Shown here piece after piece: positions 55,129 to 64,000 of a stretch of DNA of 64,000 nt; the stretch's first letter is position 1; each line of letters begins with the position of its first letter. Both the position numbers and the translations under genes were made by a program. The stretch comes from Candidatus Fervidibacter sp. (lineage in GTDB: Bacteria; Armatimonadota; Fervidibacteria; Fervidibacterales; Fervidibacteraceae). Where the stretch lies: positions 2,117 through 66,116 of the forward strand of contig JBGOEP010000003.1 in NCBI GenBank assembly GCA_041446735.1, in the 5' to 3' direction. Below the pieces are notes generated by a model. It did not search any database. It was not told the DNA's origin and saw only the letters and a list, made by a program, of their open reading frames with translations.

Positions 55129-56676
55129 ATGACTGCCGAGCGCTTGCGCCTTGACCAAATGCCCGAACCGCTGGCGCAGTTGGTGAAAGCGGCGGCAACC
55201 CTCGCCAACCAACATCGCTTGCGCCTTTACCTCGTCGGGGGATGGCTGCGGGATTTTGTAGCGACTGGCGACTGGCGACTGGCGACTGGAATCCAATCGC
55301 TAATCGCTAATCGCCAGTCGCTGGACATAGATTTCGCCGTCTCTTCCGACCCGCTTCCTTTCGTGGAGCAGTTGGCGAAGCGAGTGGGAGGGCGGGTCGT
55401 TCGGCTGCACGATGACTTGCCGACGGTGCGATTAGCCCGATGGTCGGAAGACAACCCCGATGCTGTCGCCGATTTCACGGCGCTTCAAGGCGACTTGGAG
55501 AGCGATTTGCGCCGCCGAGATTTCACCTGCAATGCCCTCGCCGTTGACGCCGTTGAACTAACGCAGCACGGCGAAGCCATCATCCTTGACCCTCTGGGCG
55601 GGTTGCAGCACATCGCCCAACAAGTGCTTGTGCTGACGCACAAGCGGGCGCTGCAAGATGACCCCGTTCGCATCCTGCGCGCCTTCCGCTTCGCCGCCAC
55701 TTTGGGTTTTGCCATCGCCCCCGAGACAAAAATTGCCCTCGCCGAAGCGGCGCCTTTGCTGCTCAACGCCGCGCCCGAACGATTGACGATGGAACTGGCG
55801 CAGATTTTCCAAACGCCGCAAGCCGCCGAGATGCTCGCTTTGATGGACGAAACAGGCGTGCTGACTTTTTTGCTGCCCGAATTGATGCCGCTGAAAGAAG
55901 TGCCTGCCGCTGGCTACCATCACTTGGATGGCTTTTGCCACACGCTGGAAGCCGTTCGGCAAATAGAGCGTGTGCTGCGGGCGGAAACGGAAGATGAAAG
56001 GTTCAACGCGCTCCTTTTGCGGGTGCGAGACGCTTTCACTGATCGTTTCGGTTATCGGCGCACGGGTGTTTGGGTCGTCAAGTTTGCGACGCTCTTGCAC
56101 GACATCGGCAAACCCGAAACGATGACGGTCGGCGACGATGGCTCGGTGCATTTTTACGGGCATGAGAAAGTGGGGGCTGAAAAGGCGAAAGCGATTTGTC
56201 AACGGTTGCGTTTGTCTCGGCGGGAGCAAGGCATTATCGTCAGTTTGGTGCGATACCACATGCGCCCCGTCTCGTTGGCAGGCGCCCGCCACTTGACGGA
56301 ACGCGCCTTGCGACGCTTTTGGCGTGACCTCGGTGATTTGGCGGGCATCTACTGCGTGGCGTTGTCGGCAGCCGACTTGATGGCGACGCGTGGAGCGGCG
56401 ATGACCGACGAACACCGCCGACGCCACTATTTCGTCCTGCGCCGCTTGTTAGAAACGCACTTCGCCCTGCAAGAGATGCGCCAACGACCTCGGTTGATGA
56501 CAGGACACGAAATCATGGAGCGCTACGGCATCGGACCGTCGCCCCTCGTCGGGCGCGCCTTGCGCTTGGTGGAAGAAGCCATCTTGGATGGGCGGGTGCA
56601 AACGAAAGACGAGGCGTGGCGATTGCTGGACGAAGCGATGGCGCAATGGCTTGCCGAAGCGAGCCAAAAACCTTAG
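55129..56676 (+). CDS. CCA-adding/poly(A) polymerase family tRNA nucleotidyltransferase with HD domain
   Basis: LYLVGGWLRD, DIDF, DLRRRDFTCNA, DDPVRILRAFRFA, LLHDIGK, FYGHE. Confidence 0.92.
   Translation: MTAERLRLDQMPEPLAQLVKAAATLANQHRLRLYLVGGWLRDFVATGDWRLATGIQSLIANRQSLDIDFAVSSDPLPFVEQLAKRVGGRVVRLHDDLPTVRLARWSEDNPDAVADFTALQGDLESDLRRRDFTCNALAVDAVELTQHGEAIILDPLGGLQHIAQQVLVLTHKRALQDDPVRILRAFRFAATLGFAIAPETKIALAEAAPLLLNAAPERLTMELAQIFQTPQAAEMLALMDETGVLTFLLPELMPLKEVPAAGYHHLDGFCHTLEAVRQIERVLRAETEDERFNALLLRVRDAFTDRFGYRRTGVWVVKFATLLHDIGKPETMTVGDDGSVHFYGHEKVGAEKAKAICQRLRLSRREQGIIVSLVRYHMRPVSLAGARHLTERALRRFWRDLGDLAGIYCVALSAADLMATRGAAMTDEHRRRHYFVLRRLLETHFALQEMRQRPRLMTGHEIMERYGIGPSPLVGRALRLVEEAILDGRVQTKDEAWRLLDEAMAQWLAEASQKP
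55260..55322. repeat. Palindromic heptamer element (GCGACTG x4 / ATCGCTA-type arm) in frame inside the CCA enzyme gene
   Basis: Left arm AGCGACTGGCGACTGGCGACTGGCGACTGG, loop AAT, right arm whose reverse complement is AGCGACTGGCGATTAGCGATTAGCGATTGG; 63 bp. Confidence 0.9.
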
Positions 56677-56680
56677 CGCT

Positions 56681-57961
56681 TCAATCCATCGTCAACTCCA
56701 ACCCGTTGACAATGATGCGGTCGCCTGCTTTTGCTCCCGCTTTTCGGATGGCTTTCCAGATGCCGTGCCGAAGGAGGCGCTCCTTGATTTCCGCTAAGGC
56801 TTGCGGGTGCGACGCATTGATGAGCCGTGTGAGCCGCTCCACTTCGCCCCCTTGCACGAACCAAGTCTCTTCGTCCAATCGCTCAATTGTCAAGGGCGCT
56901 TCGGTTCGCTTAGGTGGGGCGACGATGACTTCCTCGGACGCTTCGGGCAAAGGTGCCGTCGGCTGCATCGCCTTCACCAACTCTGCCATCCGATAGACGA
57001 GGGGTTCAATCCCTTCACCTGTCAAGGCGGAGATAGCGAACACTTCATAACCTCGTTGACGCCAATAGGGCAAGCAGCGCCGCAAGTTTTCGTGGGCATT
57101 GGGCAAATCCATTTTGTTGGCGACGACGATTTGGGGCTTTTTCGCCAGTTCAGGGCTGTAAAGGCGCAACTCTTCGTTGATGGTCTCAAAGTCGCAGATA
57201 GGGTCGCGCCCTTCTACGGCAGCGATGTCCACCATGTGCAAAAGGAGGGAAGTCCGTTCGGCGTGGCGCAAAAACTGATGCCCCAACCCAACGCCTTTAT
57301 GGGCGCCCTCAATCAAGCCGGGCAAATCCGCCACGACGAAACTGAAATTGTCCACCCGCACCGTCCCTAAGTTGGGCACGAGGGTCGTGAAAGGGTAGTC
57401 GGCGATTTTGGGGCGGGCAGCACTGATGCGGCTGATCAGCGTGGATTTGCCGACATTGGGATAGCCGATGATGCCCACATCAGCCAGCAACTTCAACTCC
57501 AACCGCAAAGTCCGCTCCTCGCCCGGTTCGCCCAACTCGGCGAAGACAGGCGTTTGGCGGGTGGGTGTCGCAAAGGCAGCGTTGCCCCGTCCGCCCCGAC
57601 CGCCCCGTGCCACGATGACCCTTTGTCCCGCCTTCACCAAATCGGCAATCAACTCACCCGTTTCGGCATCGTAAACAACCGTCCCGACAGGAACGCGGAT
57701 GACCAAATCTTTGCCATCCGCCCCGTGCTTGTTGCTGCCTTGTCCGTGTTGACCGTTCTCGGCTTTGTAAGTCCGCTGCAGGTGCAAGTCCACGAGGGTT
57801 TTCACCGACGGGTCGGCGAGCAAGATGACATGCCCGCCCCGACCGCCATCGCCCCCCGCAGGACCGCCACGCGGGACGAACTTTTCCCGCCGAAAAGCCA
57901 CACACCCATTGCCCCCATTCCCTGCCTTGACATGAATGACTGCCTCGTCCACAAAATGCAT
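56681..57961 (-). CDS. obgE: GTPase ObgE/CgtA
   Basis: [53 protein letters not shown], plus the C-terminal OCT domain. Confidence 0.98.
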   Translation of the reverse strand: MHFVDEAVIHVKAGNGGNGCVAFRREKFVPRGGPAGGDGGRGGHVILLADPSVKTLVDLHLQRTYKAENGQHGQGSNKHGADGKDLVIRVPVGTVVYDAETGELIADLVKAGQRVIVARGGRGGRGNAAFATPTRQTPVFAELGEPGEERTLRLELKLLADVGIIGYPNVGKSTLISRISAARPKIADYPFTTLVPNLGTVRVDNFSFVVADLPGLIEGAHKGVGLGHQFLRHAERTSLLLHMVDIAAVEGRDPICDFETINEELRLYSPELAKKPQIVVANKMDLPNAHENLRRCLPYWRQRGYEVFAISALTGEGIEPLVYRMAELVKAMQPTAPLPEASEEVIVAPPKRTEAPLTIERLDEETWFVQGGEVERLTRLINASHPQALAEIKERLLRHGIWKAIRKAGAKAGDRIIVNGLELTMD

Positions 57962-58025
57962 CGCCAAGTCACCTCGGAGGCGAGACAGAAAGATGCGGGC
58001 AAACGATGGCGAAGGGTCGGCAAGG

Positions 58026-58427
58026 TCACCGCTGCAGCGTCAGGGAGTTGTCCGAGAAGTTGAAGGTGATCAGCGAGAAGCGCTGCAAGTAACTCAACCC
58101 GACCAAGCCATCCAACCCCACTTGGGGCGGAAGGCTTAGCGCCAAGCAATCCACATTTGCCTCTTCCGCCCCGATGGCGCCGAACCGTTCCAGCGTCACC
58201 TGCGGGGCGGTGAGGGCTTGGGCGTGGATGCCGTAAATCGTCATCGGGGGCGCTGCCGTCAGGTCGTAGCCCAGCGTCAACAAAATTTCGGGCTTGATGA
58301 TCACGAACGAAGAGCCAGTGTCCACCGCCATCCGCAGGACACCCATCCCATTCCCGCGCCAGACAAAGCACTGGACGACCAACAACGGCGCCGTCGCTAA
58401 AAAGGGCACTCGCACTATTTGGCGCAT
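58026..58427 (-). CDS. Retropepsin-like (clan AA) aspartyl protease
   Basis: RMAVDTGSS catalytic motif and DGLVGLSYL motif; 133 aa. Confidence 0.85.
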   Translation of the reverse strand: MRQIVRVPFLATAPLLVVQCFVWRGNGMGVLRMAVDTGSSFVIIKPEILLTLGYDLTAAPPMTIYGIHAQALTAPQVTLERFGAIGAEEANVDCLALSLPPQVGLDGLVGLSYLQRFSLITFNFSDNSLTLQR

Positions 58428-58648
58428 AGCACGAAAATCCCCTTGATTTCGCCCGTCCAGACGATGTAAAAGCGTGTCGGGCGGGTCTTCAAGAGCACCT
58501 CGTCTATGACGCTTCGGTCGGGCGAGTGCGCCAGAAGGCGCCCCCGCAACGGCGACCCTTGTTCGTCCAGTTCCACGATCTCAAAGAGCAGCCATTCGTC
58601 GGGATACTGCTTTTCGGTTTCAGGGATGAGCACGATGTCTTCGGGCAT
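58415..58648 (-). CDS. Small hypothetical protein (DUF5678-like) coupled to the aspartyl protease
   Basis: KQYPDEWLLF..GRLLAHSPDR pattern; overlaps the protease start. Confidence 0.6.
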   Translation of the reverse strand: MPEDIVLIPETEKQYPDEWLLFEIVELDEQGSPLRGRLLAHSPDRSVIDEVLLKTRPTRFYIVWTGEIKGIFVLCAK

Positions 58649-58687
58649 GGCTGTCACGCCCCTTCGCCGATTTCGGCGGCAGTTCGT

Positions 58688-58948
<261 letters not shown>

Positions 58949-58954
58949 CGTCTC

Positions 58955-59455
58955 TCACCTCCGTCGTTCTAAGTCTAACGCTTGTGCGGGTGTCATTCGC
59001 CCGTAAGGCGTGCGGTCAAAGTCGGTGTCGTAACTGACGATGAAAACGGATTGCCCCGTTTGCGCCGCCAACTTGTTCATCGCCGCAATTTGATAGGCGT
59101 CGTCAAAGTCCAGTTGAAATGACACCGCTACATCCCGAAGGGCGGCGAACTCTTGCCCTTCCAGCCGCACGAGGCGAGGCGTCCAAGCCTGAGCGAATTC
59201 CACGAAGACATCCCACAAACCAGCGCGCCCAAGCCGAATGCCAATGGTGTGCAAGGTGAAGTCAGTTAGGAAAATCCGCTCCGACGGCACTTCGCTGAAA
59301 AAGTCGTCCACTTCCTGAGCGATCTGGTCGGGCGTAGCGCCGGCAGGTGCCCGAAAGAGTTGGCGGAACGGCTCTGGGAATTGGTAAAACCAATGCCAGA
59401 GCCAGACATTTGCGTTCAACAGATACAGAGGCGCCGCCTCAATCGCCTCGCTCAT
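58955..59455 (-). CDS. PIN domain (VapC-like) protein with first catalytic Asp replaced by Asn
   Basis: [32 protein letters not shown]. Confidence 0.8.
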   Translation of the reverse strand: MSEAIEAAPLYLLNANVWLWHWFYQFPEPFRQLFRAPAGATPDQIAQEVDDFFSEVPSERIFLTDFTLHTIGIRLGRAGLWDVFVEFAQAWTPRLVRLEGQEFAALRDVAVSFQLDFDDAYQIAAMNKLAAQTGQSVFIVSYDTDFDRTPYGRMTPAQALDLERRR

Positions 59456-59966
59456 CTTGGAACACCCGCTCCAGTTCTTCAGGTGAGAGCCTTTGCAAGA
59501 CTTCACTGACTCTGGCTCGCCACTTCAACAGCAACTCAAGCCATTGGCGTCGGCTGGGGATGCGCATCGCTTCCAAGAGGGCTTTTGCCCGTTCCATTTC
59601 GCCTTTACGGCTCAGGTGCAAGATGATGTGACCGAGGGCGATGTCGTGGTCGGTGTCGTCGGCGATTTGCCGCGCCAACTCTATCGCTTGGCTCACATCG
59701 CCCCGCCCTACCAGCGGCTTCACCACGAAGTCGGTGAAGGGATGGACGAACTTTTGATAGACGACAGCCTCGTAACGGCGCAGCAACTCAAAGGCGTCCT
59801 GTCCCTTGCCTTCCCTTGCCCACTTCTCCGCCAAATCGCCGAGGCTTTCGGCGTCCAGTTCGCCGACGATGACAAAAACCGCTTGCCCTTGCGGCAAAGG
59901 CAAGGGTTCGTCGGTCTGGATGATTTGCTCGCCCGCAACTTTGCCCTTGACGATGGTAAGGCTCAT
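59439..59966 (-). CDS. Putative antitoxin: AbrB/DUF104-like N-terminus fused to a helical repeat domain
   Basis: IVKGKV..II..DEPLPLPQGQAVFVIV followed by TPR-like helices; overlaps the PIN start. Confidence 0.55.
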   Translation of the reverse strand: MSLTIVKGKVAGEQIIQTDEPLPLPQGQAVFVIVGELDAESLGDLAEKWAREGKGQDAFELLRRYEAVVYQKFVHPFTDFVVKPLVGRGDVSQAIELARQIADDTDHDIALGHIILHLSRKGEMERAKALLEAMRIPSRRQWLELLLKWRARVSEVLQRLSPEELERVFQDERGD

Positions 59967-59982
59967 CGTGTGTCACCTCGGC

Positions 59983-60321
59983 TCAACCGCTGGGCACTTC
60001 AATGCGCTCAATTTGCAACTCAGTGAACCATTGGCGATGCCCCTTCTTGCGCATGTAGCGCTTTTTCGGCTTGAACTTGAAGACGATGATTTTCGGACCG
60101 CGCCCATGTCGGCGGACTTTGGCGATGACTTTGGCGCCGGGCACATAAGGCGTGCCGACGAGGACTTGTTCGGGCGTGCGGACCAAAAGCACGCGGTCAG
60201 TCTCAAAAGTTTCGCCCTCGGCGATTTCCAATTTCTCCACTCGCACGATCGTCCCTGGCGCAACTTCATACTGTTTTCCGCCTGTCTCAATGACGGCACG
60301 AATGGACTGGACAAGTTCCAT
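59983..60321 (-). CDS. rplU: 50S ribosomal protein L21
   Basis: [31 protein letters not shown]. Confidence 0.98.
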   Translation of the reverse strand: MELVQSIRAVIETGGKQYEVAPGTIVRVEKLEIAEGETFETDRVLLVRTPEQVLVGTPYVPGAKVIAKVRRHGRGPKIIVFKFKPKKRYMRKKGHRQWFTELQIERIEVPSG

Positions 60322-60372
60322 GTCGGTGAACCCCCTTGAGAGGTGGCGTCGTCGGGATGAAGTGGCATGCTA

Positions 60373-60400
60373 ATTTTGCGACACCGACTTACCCTGTCAA
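60373..60400 (-). promoter_or_regulatory. Possible sigma70 promoter for the rplU operon
   Basis: Minus strand TTGACA-16 bp-CAAAAT. Confidence 0.4.
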
Positions 60401-60416
60401 GCGAGGGCGTTGGACG

Positions 60417-61262
60417 ATGGCTCGTTGGCTCTTTGCCTTCTTCGGGTTGGTGCTGCTGATGAGTTGTCAAGGGCGTGACCGTCCCGTTGCCCGCGCCGAT
60501 GGCGTCGTCGTGACGGAACGGGAGTTGCGACAAGCCCTTTGGGAACGCTACGGCGCGGCGACTTTGCAGGAGTTGCTCGTCTGGAAAATAGCGAAATCGG
60601 AGGCACAAAAGCGAGGCATCACCGTCAGCGAGGCGGAGGTGCAAAACGCCCTGAAGAGTCGCTTTTCGCCCACCACTCCCCGCCATCTCGTGGAGACGGA
60701 GTTGCTTTTGGAAAAATTGGCTTGGGCGATGACGAAAGTAAGCGAGGGAGAAGCCCGCCGCTACTTTGAAACGCATCGGGACGAGTTTGAACGCCCCGAA
60801 CGGGTGCGCTTGCGCGACATCACTTTGGAGAGCAAAGAGAACGCCGAAGCCATCTATCAAGCCCTTCGGCTGCGCAACGGGACGAACTTCGCCGACCTTG
60901 CCCGCCACTTTTCGGTCAACCCCGCCACCCGCCAACATGGTGGCGACATGGGCGTTGTCTCTGTGCGAGATTTGCACCCGAAGTTGCAAGCCGTCGTGCG
61001 GAAGTTGAAAGTCGGCGAGTTCAGCCGTCCCGTTCCGTTGGACGGTGAATGGGTCATCGTGAAGTTGGAAGAGCGGATTCCAGCGGAGCGGAAAACCTTT
61101 GAGGAAGTTCAAGGGCAAGTCATCGCTTCCCTGCGACGGCAGAAAGCGGCGGAATTGAAGTTGACTTTGCCCGAACGATGGTTGCGTCAAGGGAAGGTGC
61201 AAGTGTTGGACGCTTCCTTGCGCAAATCGCTGACCTTGCCGAAAGGAGCGAAGCAGCGATGA
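60417..61262 (+). CDS. PrsA/SurA-like peptidyl-prolyl isomerase lipoprotein
   Basis: Lipobox LMSC; FADLARHFS..GGDMG, GEFSRPV..WVIVKL. Confidence 0.88.
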   Translation: MARWLFAFFGLVLLMSCQGRDRPVARADGVVVTERELRQALWERYGAATLQELLVWKIAKSEAQKRGITVSEAEVQNALKSRFSPTTPRHLVETELLLEKLAWAMTKVSEGEARRYFETHRDEFERPERVRLRDITLESKENAEAIYQALRLRNGTNFADLARHFSVNPATRQHGGDMGVVSVRDLHPKLQAVVRKLKVGEFSRPVPLDGEWVIVKLEERIPAERKTFEEVQGQVIASLRRQKAAELKLTLPERWLRQGKVQVLDASLRKSLTLPKGAKQR

Positions 61263-61921
61263 GCCGAACGAGGCGAGAGAAAGAGCGGGCGCAAAAACTT
61301 TGGGCGGAGCGACGGGAATTGATTCGCTTCGGCTACGGCAAATTGGCGGAGGCTATCGTCCGTCAGGCGCGGGCGCATTACCAGCGCGCCCTTCAAGCGT
61401 GGCAGCGGGGCAACCTTTCGGAAGCGGAGACGGCGCTTCGGCAGGCATTGGAATTCAACCCCGACGCCCCCGACCCGCTGATCGCATTGGGGCGGTTGCT
61501 GGTGGAAATGGGACGGGCGGAAGAAGCCATCGGCGTTTTGAGCAAAGCATGCGATGTGGATGCCGAAAACCCAGAGGCACATTTTTGGTTCGGGCAAGCG
61601 TTGGAAGCGGCGCAACGACGGCGGCGAGCGAGGGACGCTTACGAGCGGGCGATGCGGTTGCAACCGTCGGCGGAATTGGCAGAGCAATTGCGGGAACGCT
61701 TGAAGGCGTTAGAAAGTCGCCTTGCTGACGAGCAAACGATTGCCCTTCCCGAGGAAGCCGCTGCCGAGTTAGAGGAAGCCTTGCACTGGGCGCGGTTTTA
61801 CTTGGAGATGGGTTTCCCCCGTCGGGCGAGGGAATACGGGTTGCGGGCGCATCAAATCGCCCCCGAACACCCGCAAGTGCGGGAAATCATGACAGCCATA
61901 GAGCGCGCCTTGAGCGATTAA
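61259..61921 (+). CDS. Tetratricopeptide repeat protein
   Basis: ALEFNPDAPDPLIALG, DAENPEAHFWFG, AYERAMRLQP; ATGA overlap with the foldase gene. Confidence 0.85.
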   Translation: MSRTRREKERAQKLWAERRELIRFGYGKLAEAIVRQARAHYQRALQAWQRGNLSEAETALRQALEFNPDAPDPLIALGRLLVEMGRAEEAIGVLSKACDVDAENPEAHFWFGQALEAAQRRRRARDAYERAMRLQPSAELAEQLRERLKALESRLADEQTIALPEEAAAELEEALHWARFYLEMGFPRRAREYGLRAHQIAPEHPQVREIMTAIERALSD

Positions 61922-62892
61922 CCCCCCAAACCCGTCCGCATCACTTGGATGACGGCAGGACCGAGGATGACGATGAACAGCGTCGGGAAGATGAACAGCA
62001 CCAGCGGGAAAATCAGTTTGACGGGCAGTTTGGCGATTTGCTCTCTGATCATGCGCAATCGTTTTTTGCGCAACTCTTCGCCCAAGGCTTTGAGGGCGTT
62101 AGCGAGGGGCGACCCCAAAGTCTCGGCTTGATGGACGGCGGAAACCAGCAAGGAGATGTCTTCCAGTTTCAACCGCTCCGCCATATCCCGAAGGGCTTGA
62201 GCGCGGGGTTTGCCTAAGGTGACCTCCCGCATCACTTTCATCAGTTCGTCTGACAGCGGTCCTTTGAAGCGACGCGCCGCTTCATAGACCGCCCCGTCAA
62301 AAGCCAATCCCGCTTCTATGGACAGGGTGATCAAGTCCAACATGTCGGGCAATTGGCGGCGAATGAGGTGACGGCGACGCATCGCCGCCCGCCGAAGCCA
62401 GAAGACAGGTCCGAGAAAACCTGCGAACGCCAAAATCGCCGCCGCAAAAAGGGGAAGGGACGGGTCAAAAAAATTGGGACGCCAAAGGGAGAGGAGGATG
62501 GGAAGGAGAACGCCTAAGGCTGCCCCGACGAAAGTGCAGAGCAATCGCAGTCCCATGAAATCGCTGGCAGTCAGCCCAAAGGGATAACCCGCCATCGCCA
62601 GCAACTCTTCCGTCCCCTTCAAAGTTGCCCCGCTTTGAGGGAGCAAACGGCTGAGCCGCTGTATCCAAGGCAGAAGGAAGGCACGAAAGAGGCGTTGGGC
62701 GATGGATTGACGGAGTTCTTCGTCCTCGGGCATTTCAGTGGGCATCTCTTCTTCCATCGTCACGCGGGTTCGGACGAGGCGGGCGACCCGTTCCCGCAAT
62801 TGGCGGGCACGCACCTCTTGCAGGATGGAAACGCCCGTCATCGCCAACGCCAATACCCACAAGCCGATGACGAACATCAGTTCCAGAGACAT
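61918..62892 (-). CDS. tadC: TadC / T2SS F family pilus assembly protein
   Basis: LPDMLDL..EAGLAF, GKPRAQAL, GSPLANAL, KLIFPLVLFIFP. Confidence 0.9.
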   Translation of the reverse strand: MSLELMFVIGLWVLALAMTGVSILQEVRARQLRERVARLVRTRVTMEEEMPTEMPEDEELRQSIAQRLFRAFLLPWIQRLSRLLPQSGATLKGTEELLAMAGYPFGLTASDFMGLRLLCTFVGAALGVLLPILLSLWRPNFFDPSLPLFAAAILAFAGFLGPVFWLRRAAMRRRHLIRRQLPDMLDLITLSIEAGLAFDGAVYEAARRFKGPLSDELMKVMREVTLGKPRAQALRDMAERLKLEDISLLVSAVHQAETLGSPLANALKALGEELRKKRLRMIREQIAKLPVKLIFPLVLFIFPTLFIVILGPAVIQVMRTGLGG

Positions 62893-62908
62893 CGCCTTGC
62901 GCCTCCCT

Positions 62909-63736
62909 TCACAACTCCACCTGCAAAAGTTTGCGAATCCACAGCATCCCCATAGTTTGCATGACGACCCCTGTCCAAATCATCTTCCGCCCCAATTCGG
63001 TGTCCAGCAAAAGGCGCATCCATTGGGGGTTGATGATGAAGACCATCGTCGCGACGGCGAAGGGCAACGCCATCAAAATCCAGCCGCTAAAGCGAGCCTG
63101 AGCGGTGGAAGCGGCGATTTCGCCCCGAAGTTCAATGCGTTGGCGGATGGTGTCGGCGATGGTGTTGAGGATGCGGGACAGGTTACCGCCCCGCCGCAAC
63201 TGGACAAGGATGGCGGAGACGGTGATGTCGTAGTCGTAACTTTGAACGCGTTCCGCCATGATTTGCAGGGCTTGTTCTACGGGCATGCCCAGCGACGAAA
63301 GGCGAACAATCCGTTCCAGTTCCTCCGAGATGGGCGGGGGCAATTGGTCGGCAGCCAACTTCGCCCCTTGCAGGAAACTGTAGCCTGCCGACAAACCAGC
63401 GGCGATAATCGTCAAAGCGTCCGCCAGTTGATTTTCCAACAAAGTTTTTCGCTGGGCGATGCGCCAGTTGAGGGCAAGGTTGGGGGCGTAAAAACCCAAA
63501 GCACCACCGACCAAAAAACCCCACCACTGGCGGGAAAGGATGGTGACGATGGCAGCCAAGCCGACGGTCGTGAACAAAAGCAGGATGAGAAACTCTTCGC
63601 CCCGAATGGGAAGTCCTGCCGCCATCATCTTGCGACTATATTGGCGCGCCAAGCGGGTCTGGGAGAAAAGGCGCGTCAGCAGGGGAAAGCGTTCCCGCTC
63701 TTCAGGAAGGGTCACTTGCGTCTGGGTCGTCATCAC
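62909..63736 (-). CDS. tadB: TadB / T2SS F family pilus assembly protein
   Basis: QLADAL..L.AGYS, GGNL..L..IA.TIR.R, QARFSG..L..LP. Confidence 0.9.
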   Translation of the reverse strand: MMTTQTQVTLPEERERFPLLTRLFSQTRLARQYSRKMMAAGLPIRGEEFLILLLFTTVGLAAIVTILSRQWWGFLVGGALGFYAPNLALNWRIAQRKTLLENQLADALTIIAAGLSAGYSFLQGAKLAADQLPPPISEELERIVRLSSLGMPVEQALQIMAERVQSYDYDITVSAILVQLRRGGNLSRILNTIADTIRQRIELRGEIAASTAQARFSGWILMALPFAVATMVFIINPQWMRLLLDTELGRKMIWTGVVMQTMGMLWIRKLLQVEL

Positions 63737-63791
63737 CCGTCACCGTCCTTAGCCAACGAGAAACTTCGGGCAGGCAAGCGAACCTCTCGCC

Positions 63792-64000
63792 TCAGCCGCC
63801 GAAGAACAAATCTTCGGGCAAGTTGATGCCCGCTACCCGAATGCGGTCGGCGCAAAGGGGACGGAAGCCTGCCGCTTTATGCCGACCGATGACTTTGCCC
63901 TGACTGTCAATCCCTTGCTGTTCAAAGACGAAGATGTCCTGCAGCAACACGGTGTCACCTTCCAAGCCTTGCACTTCGGTGATGTGGGTGACTTTTCGGC
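63792..64000 (-). CDS. cpaF: CpaF/TadA pilus ATPase, C-terminal fragment (gene continues beyond the window)
   Basis: RKVTHITEVQGLEGDTVLLQDIFVF..G..P C-terminal motif, upstream of tadB. Confidence 0.85.
   Translation of the reverse strand, partial: RKVTHITEVQGLEGDTVLLQDIFVFEQQGIDSQGKVIGRHKAAGFRPLCADRIRVAGINLPEDLFFGG

Noticed and set aside
58026-58427. Protease as a Prp-like L27 maturase
   Set aside because: Prp is a cysteine protease encoded between rplU and rpmA, and this L27 starts directly at MAHKK with no N-terminal extension to remove.
58008-58668. 9-bp inverted repeat (GGCGAAGGG / CCCTTCGCC) flanking the protease cassette as possible terminal inverted repeats
   Set aside because: It is short, GC-rich and common in this sequence, with no transposase or target-site duplication.

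Overview
GC-rich bacterial chromosomal segment with about 50 protein-coding genes. The gene style (LVGC lipoproteins, a giant CARDB/FlgD-Ig surface protein, Tad genes, heptamer GCGAnnG repeats) suggests a thermophilic Armatimonadota such as a Ca. Fervidibacter-like organism; this is inference and was not checked by search. Housekeeping genes: pheA, hisC, yitJ-like, RluA-family synthase, nfo, IscA/ErpA-family, CCA-adding/HD enzyme, obgE, rpmA, rplU, PrsA-like foldase. Accessory content: a ~3950-aa secreted multi-Ig protein with a low-GC helical core lying between LemA and DUF2207; a MoxR-DUF58-transglutaminase-GGT operon; prkA and yeaH separated by a fused nucleotidyltransferase-HEPN gene; an XRE-TPR regulator flanked by surface lipoproteins and a tetraheme cytochrome; a duplicated DUF433/DUF5615 TA locus; a Cys-rich ECF-like sigma factor; and an rplU-rpmA-obgE operon interrupted twice by TA-like cassettes. 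Short heptamer repeat families occur between genes, in frame inside three genes (one next to the catalytic DxD of the CCA enzyme) and inside a PIN pseudogene. A candidate 6S-like structured RNA lies at about 15.44-15.59 kb. I found no rRNA, tRNA, CRISPR array, integrase or transposase. Family assignments come from motif recognition by eye, not database searches, and several start codons were moved from the ORF track using RBS and overlap evidence.
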